The translations under genes and the position numbers were made by a program. This document shows positions 26,201 to 38,200 of a stretch of DNA of 57,301 bases, piece by piece. Below the pieces are notes generated by a model, which made no database searches, was not told the origin of the DNA, and was given only the letters and a program-made list of their open reading frames with translations. The stretch lies in contig NW_019218148.1 in the NCBI RefSeq assembly GCF_002571385.2, positions 261,433-318,733 on the forward strand, in the 5' to 3' direction. The stretch comes from Stylophora pistillata. Taxonomy: Eukaryota. Each line of letters opens with the position of its first letter. The stretch's first letter is position 1.

Positions 26201-29200
26201 GGAGTTTTGCCAAAGACTTAAAATTGAAGCAACTAAAGGGGTGAACGTGACGACATTAAACAGCAGAACAACTTACTCTAGCTTGAATTGCCTCCCTGTC
26301 AGGTACTGAATCTTCATCAGTTGTCTCCGCATCTTCACGAGAATACATCAGATCATGGTCAGAAATACCAAATATATCTGTAGAGTGGCAACACTTTATT
26401 AAATTCAATGTAGGTACTGACTGAAGGTAAACCGTTACTCACGGCCCTTAAATTGGGCACTATCTGTTCCCTGATCCACGGATTTATTACGTTTTTAATA
26501 TCCAACTCCACTGAAAAGAGCGAAAACCACTCACCCAACTTGAAATAATTACTCAACTTTTCAAAGAAAGATATCTAGGACATTGAAAACATAATCCAGT
26601 CCCCGCAGGATGCCGCAACGCAGGGATATTGCTGTGCATATCAATGTCATGTCAAATTATATTCACAGTGCAGAATGGATAAATTCAGGGTAGTGGTAAC
26701 TGGAACGTAGCCAACCCGAAAATTCACGTAAAACGAAGTCCATTGCCTTAGAATCCGTACCCCACAAAGTAGGTGCTACGGAATTGACATGCCTCAATCT
26801 CCAAACCCGTCCAAACTGCCACCGTGCATCTATTGTTATTGAATGAAAGATCTTTAGAAAAGGGGTTGGTAAACGGTCTAAATTTCATTAAACGTTTTTA
26901 GGTGGACTAGTTGATGTCGTTGATAAGCATCTATTAGGAATCATTATTGTTCAGTGACTCACTCAAAGTGTGTAAAAACTCAATATGTTTCTCCAGTTTA
27001 CTATCAGTTTTTCTGTGTTTTGAGTGCATCTGATCAAGCTGTAGTTGCGTATTTGAATGATGAGGATCTTCCAGTGTGAACAGGTCACGTAACTCTTGGT
27101 GACTGAAATATCTGTAAAATGAATAGGTCAGTGTTAGATTTAGAATGAGTAGACATAAAAAAGAGATGAGAACGCCTCCTTAAATGGAGAGGCTATGATG
27201 AACAACTCTAAAGGAAAGGTCATGTCAAAGCCACTGAGAGGGACCCTGAGGGCCTTGAAATGAACGACCACGTACGTCTAGCCAGACTGTAGCCCGGGTC
27301 TTGCTAAGCCTCGTTACCGCTGCACAGGGAATGTAATGGTTCCCATCTTCAACGATGCAAAATGATTCACGGGATGCGATACATCATCAAAACAAACGGG
27401 ACAAAGAGAAAACAGTGCGCGAGGCACTGACACAACAAACAATGAAACGGAGGGCAGAGAAAGTAGTGCGCGAGATACTGACCGTGACGTAACAAACAAT
27501 CAAAGAGACCACAGAAAAAACAATGCGCAAAACACCAAGGTTAAAAATAAGCAAACAAAATAGAGAGAAAACGGTACCCGAGACACTACAGTAACGAAGA
27601 GTCAAACAGAACACAGAAAAGACAGTGCGCGAGACACTAACGTGACAGACAATCAAACAGATCACAAAAAAAGAGAGCGCGAGACGGTAGTTCAACAAAT
27701 AATCAAGCAGAACACAAAACAAACACGTGATCAACTCAGAATCCCTACGAAAGACAAAAAGATCTCACTGGCTTTACCTAAAGGGATTCTTGGACAAGCC
27801 TGTGGTCTGCTTCATCAGAGCATCTTTGAAGATCTGCTTGCGGTAAATCTTCTCTTCAAGTGTTCCACATGTTATGAGCCGGTAAATAACAACAGTCTTT
27901 TTCTGTCCAATTCTGTACGCTCTGTTTATAAAAACACACTTGTTCTTATCTTTTAGCCTCGTGTTTGAGTTTGAACACTGAGTACCGCACCATTCGGTTA
28001 CGATAAACTGTAACAATGTATTCACTAATTGGGACAAGTTTCCACAGAATATCAAAACGTATCAAAAGTTTGTGGTTGACTTAGTCCTTATCTCGATGCA
28101 TTACGGGATTTTTTACATTGTTTTTTTTGGAATGCTTTTGAACAACGGAATAGATCAGTTTCCCCAGGTTCAAAAGTAACGCACTTCCCCTTGCAACAAC
28201 CAAATAGACAACCCCCTGGCAAATTAAAAATACGCCCCGATTAATTCAAGTCAAGTCATCTTCATTTAGGTAGGGTAGCCCCATCAGCCATACACTGGTA
28301 ACAAAAGAGGCCCTGAGTGTATCAAAAGGGGCCCTGAGTGTATCAAAAGGGGCCCTGCGTGTATCAAAAGGGGCCCTGAGTGTAGCAAAAGGGGCCCTGA
28401 GTGTATCAAAAGGGGCCCTGAGTGTATATAAAGGGCCCTGCGATAAACCAACCTTCCCCCTCCCTAAATAAAACACTTTCTGGTATTGTACCTGTCTACT
28501 GCTTGGGCATCTGAGGCGGGATTCCAGCTCGGGTCAACTGAGGAAACAAGAATTATTTTTTCAGATTGCACCATGCTCGAGCGGATTTATTTTGAAATAC
28601 CGTGTGTCTAATTAGAAGAATTTGAAATTCGGCGTGAACAATAACACTATCAAAGCGCGTCCGAGAAATAAACCATAGCGCTAGTGAGGTTGATTCCTAT
28701 GTCTTACGCTGAATTACAAAATGTCAAAACTGGGTTAATTATAAAGTTCATTGCCCAGTTAATCGTGCTTATGTCTACTGTTTTAAGTTAGATTTTGAAA
28801 AATCGGTACAGAACTATTTGGTAGGTGGTCGTATCGAAATATCTTAGAAATCGTGGTACAAACGTTCAATACTTACAGATAACCACGCGATCGGCAGAGG
28901 TTAGTGTTATTCCAACGCCACCGACCTGCAGAAATAAGTTTTTTAAAAAAAGGGCAGTTGAACTATTTCAAAAATAACAGGTCATCAAATTCGAGTTGCT
29001 CCAGCGAAGTTTAAAAAGCGAACGTTTTAAAAGCATTAGTCGATTTTGGCCCGACGTAGCTTTGCGTGCAAAAATGGAAACTAATCAGACACTAATATCT
29101 AAAACCAGGCACTTGTGTCCAAAGGAGGACCCTTGTCTCTAAAATCGGACAAGAGTGTCCAGAATCGAACATTAGTGTCTAAAGGCGGACACTTACATCG

Positions 29201-32200
29201 AAAATTGGACACTAGTGTCTTAACTCTGACACTGGTATCAGAAACCTGAAATCTGAACAAATGTCACAGACCTGTGTGGTGAGAAGGAAGCATGTGTAAG
29301 AGGAATCAGTCTGGAATGTGTTGATTAGATGTTGTCGTTCAGCTGTACTTGATATCGTCCCGTCGATACGAATAACCTTGTGTCCCTGACGATAAAATGC
29401 CACAGTGTAAGTAATAGTTTGTGACTGGGATCACATAGACAAGTTAGCTCTGTAGAGAACGCACCAGTAGATTTTCAAAATTTAATTACTTAATCAGAGA
29501 TTGCTGAAATACGGGAAGATTTGACTTAAATAATATTACTTTACAATGATAACAAACAAAGTTATTGAAACAAATTTAGGGTACTTATAGAAACGACAAA
29601 GACACTCCAGGGAAAATCGGACAAATTGACGCGAAAACTTATTAAAAATCCTAATACCGCGCGGAGATTGTAAACTAGGGAACCGCTGATAGACGTCGCA
29701 ACATCCCCTTTTTATTCCGTTTCCGAAAAACACTGTGACGGAGACTTTAAGATTCTATGACAAGTTTGACTTTAAGTACGATATTTGAACTCAACTTTTC
29801 GGGAAATATTATTGACATTCATATCTCGTAAAGCCTTACTGTTTTACGTTTGTTACCACAGCAAACAGTTGATATTTGAATTCAACTTTTCGAAAAATAT
29901 TATTGACATTCATATCTCGTAAAGCCTTACTGTTTTACGTTTGTTACCACAGCAAACAGTTTTCAAAGTTATTTTCAGCGGAATTGACTGCGAAAATGCC
30001 GGTATGTAGCAAAAATTTGACCCATAATGTTGAGGGCTTTTGCGTCTTTCCCGCCAACGCAGGTTCACGTGCAATTACTGTTTTGCAGCCGACTCGTAGT
30101 CGTGTTTTTCTGAGAATCTAAAGTCGAGTCATGCGATAAACTTTGCACGGCCCAAAGATGATTGTACCAGAGAGGTTCGTTGCATTTTGATCCTACAGTA
30201 AATCTATAACGTTTTGAAATTAAAAAAGAAAAAATAAATTATCCGCTAACCGCTTAGATAACCAAAACAGGCATCAAAATTGATATTTTACTACAACAGG
30301 AATTGGTGGAATAGAGAAAGATTGAGCTGGGCCGCCTTTCTCAGATTTGGTTTAGTTATCCCCTCATCAAGACAAAAAAAAATTATTTGAATATATCAAC
30401 AAAGTTGAAATGGTAAATTGGCCACCGTTATGATTATAAAAGCTGAANCCCTTCGTCATTCGCTCCGACGAAGGGCTAACGCTCGAAACGTCAGCTTTTA
30501 TAATCGTAACGGTGGCCAATTTACCATTTCAACTTTGTTGATATATTCAAATTATTTTGTTACCCCCACCGACGCAGCTCCAGACAGTTTCTTTAAAAAC
30601 TATCAGCCTTTATTCATTTGCAAAAAAAAAAAAAATTGACTAAAAGCAAAACAATAACAACAACAAAAATTAGCTGAAAATATTAACTATGCGACATTTT
30701 TTCTGACTAGAGTGACCTCACTTTGATTGCAGAAAACTGGAGAAAATACACACAGCAATTCCCCGACCTACCTTATGAGTAATAACACGTTGAATTATGT
30801 CAAGCATCTTTCTTGACTGACTAAACACCAGACACCTGTGGCCCTCAGCCTTGAGATTGTCCAACAGGGACACCAAGAACACCATTTTCCCTGACTCCTG
30901 TGTCAGCACCTTGTCTGAGGGTCCCAGGCTTTTCGGTTGAGTGGCAAATGATCTTGAATCGTCTTCCACGGCGTACATTTCTACAAGCCTGACATACAAA
31001 ACTCGAGTTCAGTTCATAGACTGAAACAACTTTGACGTTTTTGTGGGGACGTGACCACAACGGTCGGTACATACTAATAATAATAATAATTACAGTTCTT
31101 AAAACGCACTATACACGAGTCTCAATGCTTTTACATGAGATTTAAAGTAATTACAAAAATAAGATAAAAATTAACTATAAATTAAAAGCGATTTTAAAAA
31201 GGTGAGTCTTGATCCTGGTTTTAAAAGAATCTAAAGTTTCGGAATATCATAAAATCAGGAAGTTTTGTTCCAAAGCATGGGGGATGCACACGCAAAGGAT
31301 CAGTCGCCATAGGTAGAGGCTCTAGATCTTGGGCGAGAAAGATTTATAAACCTTGAGGAACGGAGAGAGCGGACAGGTGTATAGAGAGTTAACAGATTTG
31401 CCAAGTAATCAGCCNTTGCGATATTTAGACAGGCCAGCCCAGTTCAGCTTGAAGCTGGTTTAAATGGGGGCCTGTACATCCCACCCATCTCACCTCTACC
31501 CACCCATCCCACCCCAGGGGAGGACATCCATCACACAGTAATCTCGTGCATGGGAAATTAACGTCTCCTACCTCCAACCCTGCAGGAGACGGGACCTCCA
31601 TTTATTCGTCCCTATCCGAGAAGACTAGAATATCTAACCCTTTCTTGATGTTATAGAAAGGTAGCAAATTCTTCTCAATTATTTTAAGACCTTGAGTGTT
31701 GGTCCGGCCGGGGCTCGAACCCTCGACCTACCGCACAACAGTCAAGCGCACTATCCATTGGGCTAACTGGGCGGTGAAATAAAGGCATGAACGACCCTTT
31801 CGGTATCTTTCTGAGATAAAAATTTCCTGATTTAACAAGTTCGTTTGTTTTTGTACAAGCATCCAAAGCTGTACTAAAAGTTAACTTCAGTGCACACCCG
31901 ACTCCTGAGAACTGGGAGAAAAAAATGCAAGACACTGACGCATTAAAACATTTTCATACAAGCATGCATCTCTATAGATTAACAAAATTTCTCGCAAAGT
32001 CTTGAAATAAAAACCGTCATTTTGATAGGTTTATTTACTCAGGTAACTGTGTTTTGCCGACAGTTACACTCATCTCTCTCGCTCTAGCATTTTATCAACG
32101 GCTATAAAATACTTGCATATTATATTGCAGAACAAACCTGGCCTCTTCATCCAAGCCGAGCTGCTCACAAGCCAGTGTAGATAGCAGTCGAGGATGATCA

Positions 32201-35200
32201 CAGATCTTCTTCAGAACATTCAACTCAGCCAATGGGGAGCGAGTGCTTATTAACATCTGAAAATATTATACGGATATACAATTTCCTTCCATATCTTTTC
32301 TTCAACAATAAAACCAAGCTATTTTGATGAATCAAACAGCTTATGTAACAGCATTATCAACTCGTTAATGAAAGTCTTAGGGAAAAACAAAAAAACAAAC
32401 TTTAAGATGATTTCTGACAACTAAAAATGACAGTTCTCACAAATTGGAGCAAAACCTGAAAAAGTGTCCAATTTTGCACGAATAGAGACCGTGTCAATTC
32501 GCCTTCTTTTGTCTATTCGTTCTGCTTATGCATTTTTTTCTGTTTCTATATTGACTTAAGTTTTTCTCAAGGTTAAGGTCGTTATTACCATGTATTTTTT
32601 TGGAGAATTTACTTAGTGCTTAATCGATTCAGTTAGGAAAGGTTATTTTCACGAGTTATCATCTCTCTGAATAACTTGGTCCATAATTGTGTTGACCATC
32701 GAATCACTGACACTGCATACCTCTTTGACTCTTTCCAATCCTAAAAAGTCTCTGTAGATTTTGACTTGACTTTCGGACATATAAAGCCACACAACAAAGT
32801 CGTTTTTCCTAGTTAATTCCTTAGGCATTCTGAAAATTTAAGTTAAGACAGATTGAGCAATGATTACTCCATGGCCACAGTTTATTACAGAAGCCCTCTG
32901 TCAGGAGTTCCCTATGTTGTTAGTGGTAAATTTAAGTACCCTCGTCCCAGCCTCCAACTCCCAGGCTTAAATGAATGACTAAACAGATACCTAAATCAAT
33001 CAATCGTGTGTTCCTTTTTATAGAGCTTTTGGATCAATGTTAGTTTCTAAGCAACTACCCACCTACCCCTCCCTTAACCCAGCATTAACCCTAACTTGTT
33101 ATCAGTTGACTGTTGTTGGATTTGGGGAGGGGGGAGGGGTAGGAACGCAGATTTTCAGATAAGGACATTGTTCCGAAATTTGGAGGTATCTATAAGCTCT
33201 CTGTATTGACTGGGGAGATTGCAAACACATAAAAGTTGCGACTTAAGGGCAGTAACCAGTGATATATTTACAAAACGCCACAGGAGTTGAGCCCGGAATT
33301 ACTGCAAAAACAAATCCAATCGAGGGGCCGTACAGGCAGACCACCTGAGAGAGGTGGTCCGCCTGTGGTGCCAGAGTGACGGAGTTGGAAGTGGATGTTC
33401 CAACATTTGTCACCTTCAACCAATCTCCTGAGCCGTCTTTTTGACCACTGATCCTTGAATGCTTTTTCATCACTTTCCCATTTACCTCTGAGTGTATTAC
33501 CTTGTGGTACTTCCCTGTTTATTTTCCTTATCCGATTCCTCTGATCCATCTACAACATCAGTTTTTTCTTTTTTCTTCTCTAGAACCATCGCTTTCGTCC
33601 GCCGCAGAAAATGAGGTTGAATGAGTTGACGCAGACTTTCTGACATCTCCATCCCCATGCGTTTTTCATATGCTGATGCATCTCTTTCTCTCGCCTGAAA
33701 TCAGCGCAATTTAACCCTTTAACTCCCATCAGTAACCAAGACAGAATTTCTCTTTACAATATCAGTATCAATACAATATCAATATCAATATCAATANCGC
33801 GCACTGTTTTCTCTGTGTTCTGTTTAATTGTCTGTTACGTTAGTTTTTCGCGCACTGTTTTCTCTGTGTTCTGTTTAATTGTCTGTTACGTTAGTTTTTC
33901 GCGCACTGTTTTCTCTGTGTTCTGTTTAATTGTTTGTTACGGTAGTGTCTTGCACTGATTTCTGTGTTCTGTTTGATCGTTGTTATGTTAGTGTATCGCG
34001 CACTGTTTTCTCTATGTTCTGTTTCATCGTTTGTTACGTTAGTGCTTAGCGCACCGTATTCTCTGCGTTCTGTTTGATTGTTTGTTACGTTAGTGTCTCG
34101 CGCAATCTTTTCCCTGTGTTCTGTTTGATTGTTTGTTACGTTAATGTCTCGCACATTGTTTTCTGTGTTCTGTTTGACTGTTTGTCACATTAGTGCCCCG
34201 CGCAGTTTTTTTCTGTCTTACGTCTTCGTTTGTTACGTTAGTGTCTTACACAGATTTCTCTGAGTTCTGTTTGATTGCTGTTATGTTAGTGTATCGCGCA
34301 CTGTTTTCTCTGTGTTCTGTTTGACTGTTTGATACGTATGTTTCTCGCTCACTGTTTTGTCTGCGCTCTATTTGATTGTTTGTTACGTTAGTGTCTCGCG
34401 CACTGTTGGTTCCCAGTCCTCTTTGATTGTTTGTCATGTGTACATGTCTATTACATTTCTGTACATATATTATAGATTGTTCACATCACTTTCTCTCTGG
34501 AAAAACGATCGAGGAAATCGACTGTCGCGAAAAATCGACAACACCTAACCGGTATTGATCAATTTTAAACAGAAAAGATTTCCAAAACCTTTTCCGAATT
34601 TTTTTTTTTGAATTTCAAATATATGGACTAACCCTCAAGTTATTCTGTACTGGTGTCCCAGTTAATATAAAATGATGTTTCGCAGGGATCAATCGAAGAT
34701 TTTTTGATGTCTTCGTTGCCGTGTTTTTGATTTTGTGTCCTTCGTCCAAAATGATATAATCCTGAAAAAAAGGAAAGGACAAATGATCAAACGCAATCAG
34801 TATCTGTTAAATAGGATGGCAACAAAAAATTCTCAAAATGAGGAATTAAGCATTTCAATGAAAATGACTTGAGGAAATAGATGTGTTTGTCACTTACCCA
34901 TGTTAAGGCCCCCAATGACTCATGGCTGGATACAATTAAACCTACGGCCAAAAAAATCATTATGAAATCGGAAGTCAAATGTCTATTGGATCCTTGAGAC
35001 AATCTCGCTCCAAAGATTAAATCATCCTTATATAATATATTATATAATCGGTATCCCTTTGGTACTTTCTGAAATTAAATGAAAAACCTCAAACGGTGAG
35101 TTCCTTGGGGTCCATGAGCGTTTACAAATTTTTCCCAGTTCCGTGCTTTTTTTTTTTCTACTCCACCCTTTTTTTCACATGTTTCCACATCAGCCACGAG

Positions 35201-38200
35201 TCAGAAACAGACAGCGGTATTGAGACATTTTATCACTGAAGTTTGTAGATCTCTTCACAAAAACAGCCAAAGGCTGCCTGGTATCAAACAACAAACCAAA
35301 ATAACCTACCATAGGTAGTTAAGCAGACTCCATTTCTTCTCTGTATTTTTTCCAGGTTTCTCATGCGTTCCTTCTTGTTGGTCCCATGAAAGGCTCTAAC
35401 ACGGATTCCAGGGGCCCTTTTGAAAAATAAAATAACCTACTTCATCGAACTCAACTCATAAATGTAAATACAACAATTTTAAAAACCTAATCATAACTAT
35501 TTTTTACCGAAGATTAATTTTAAAAACTGATGAAATTTGCCTCTATGTGTGGAAAAAACATCCAACTTCTCCCAACGTTATGAGAATAATAAGAATGAAG
35601 CTCTTGATTTTTAAACAAAATTCTCCTTTTAGTACCATAAGAAATGTATAGAGAACAGTATGGAGAATATACATACTGATGTACGGGTGTAAGATGATGA
35701 GGTGATATAAGAACTCTTCTTCCTACCATTTGCTGAACTCCTTTTCCCAGTTTGGCATCACTGACACTGGCAGTACAATCAACACTTTCTTGATGAGCTC
35801 TGCATCAAACATCCCAGCAAGGAATGATATCACCTGAATTGTCTTGCCCAGTCTACAAAAACAAATCCCCAGATTTAAAATCTGTTACTGTTGATTCTCA
35901 ACCCTTTGTCCACCCGTAAGAGAGACGAGCATCTAATTTCTCCTTACAATCTCACCCCTGAATCACATATTAAGTTAGGAGAATAAAGGAAATGATCACC
36001 AACTAAAGAAGCTCATGATTCTTGAACAAATTCTCCTTGTCAGCACCTTAGAAAATGTATAGAAAATGTATGGAGAATATGCATACTGACGTTAGGATGT
36101 AAAGGGTTAATGCCCGTTAAAACTACATTAAGATTATGTTTTTCATTTTCTATTCACTGTACACATGTAATTTTGATAACAGCCTTGAATAAAATTCTAT
36201 ACATTAATCGTGTAACTTGCAGAAGGGATTAACATGTAACTTGTTCTCACAATTTCCTTAAAACATCCTCCAAACAGGTTATGAGAACAGATCAGGCATC
36301 CCTTAGCAGGTGTGGTCCTGATGTAAAACCAAGTTCTCTGAACTAATATACAAGGGGGCATGTGGAAGCTACAAGAGAGAATTACTATTCAGGTATTAAA
36401 AACTAAAGGTACAGGAGGTACATACCCCATGTCATCACCAAGAATGCCTCCCATGCCTTTCTGGTAAAGATTCCAGAACCACAGGACACCATTAAGTTGA
36501 TACGGATACAGAGATTGGTAAATCTCAGCTGGTAAAGAAAAGCCATTGCCAACTTCACACATTCCATCATCTCCTTCATCATCATCTTCTTCTTCTTCTT
36601 CCTCTTTATATCGTTCTATAGCTTCCTGAATCACAAATATTTAAAGGTCTTTAACTTACTAACAGAACTTTTGAGGAAACAGACAGCAAATGAAAGAAAA
36701 CTGCAATCATTTTTTATATGTTGTGAGATCCACCAATCAACTCTAAACTAGACAGTGCTGACAAAAGATCTGTGGTACACCCTTTGCCAAGGGAAAAACT
36801 CTTAACTTCAGCCTGCCATCAACATATTTAAAAAAACTGCAACTCAGCTCTTTTTTATTTACCCTTCATTATCTTTACCCTCAATATTAGGTAGTTAAAA
36901 TATTAGTATAGATAATTTTCAAGTTTGAAGTGAACTTCAAGAATTTCAAAATAAGTTCACTACTGCCAACAGAAACAGCCATTTCTTCAACTGAATATGT
37001 CAAGGCAATGTTAACATTAAAAAATCCAATTAACCCTTTCACACCCAAGATCTGATTATTAATTCTCCACTCTAGCTTCTACACAATTCTACACAATATA
37101 TAAACTAGTTATATATCGGTTAGCTCAATTGGTATAGAGCCGCACTGTTGTGCGGGAGGTCGTGAGTTCAAATCCGGCCAGACCAACACTCAGGGTCTTA
37201 AATTAACTGAGAAGAAAGTGCTGCCTTTGTAATAATATCTGCAAATGGTTAGACTTTCTAGTCTTCTTGGATTGGGACGAATAAATGGAGGTCCCGTCTC
37301 CTGCAGGGTTGGGGTAGGAGACGTTAATTTCCCACACACGAGATTACTGTGTGATGGATGTCCTCCCCTGGGGTGGGATGGGTGGGATATAGGGCGCACT
37401 TAATTTGGAGCCTCGCTCTGTTGTGCGACCCTCACCACACTCTGGTGAAAGTGATTAAACAGGTACAAATAAGTCGCTTAAGGAGCGAAGCACAACTGAA
37501 TTTATGTCTACAGTGAGTCATCCGGAGTTCCCGTGATCTTGCCTTTCCCGACAGATCCTCGAAGGAGCTCGAGGAGAAAAGTGGCAGCTTAAAAACGTTT
37601 GAAATTTGCTCAAACAAACTATCGCTTGACCCAGAGATTTCCTCATACTTTCTATCACTTACTCCATTGTTTCAAAGAGAAACAGCTCGGTTAAAAAACA
37701 TTTTCATCACGCTGACAACGACTTCTCTCCCCTGAGGAGGTATACTTAATTTTCAGACGTCGTAAGTTGTTTAGTTAATGCGTCGACAATTATGACGACG
37801 GGCTCTACATACATAAATACAACTGATAAGACTTAGGTGAGTTATTTCCTTGCGATTTATGGCTAATTTTGTAATGCATTGAGACTATTCCGTGATGACG
37901 ATTTCACGATTTTTTGTAGACCTTTGGCAAGGAGAGAAGTTTATCGATATATTTTATAACATATTTTGGGGTAATTCCAATCAAAACTTTCACCTACCTT
38001 GTATTAAAATTATCTTAATCNNNNNNNNNNNNNNNNNNNNNNNNNNNNNNNNNNNNNNNNNNNNNNNNNNNNNNNNNNNNNNNNNNNNNNNNNNNNNNNN
38101 NNNNNNNNNNNNNNNNNNNNNNNNNNNNNNNNNNNNNNNNNNNNNNNNNNNNNNNNNNNNNNNNNNNNNNNNNNNNNNNNNNNNNNNNNNNNNNNNNNNN

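Noticed and set aside
33243-33549. Minus-strand ORFs running past the ERCC6L exon
   Set aside because: They do not continue the PICH reading frame, which splices at 33501 just before a stop. No recognisable homology.
37117-37190. tRNA genes (also ~39500 and ~31700-31772)
   Set aside because: A and B boxes are present, but there is no clean cloverleaf and each continues into a shared repeat body, so these are SINE heads.
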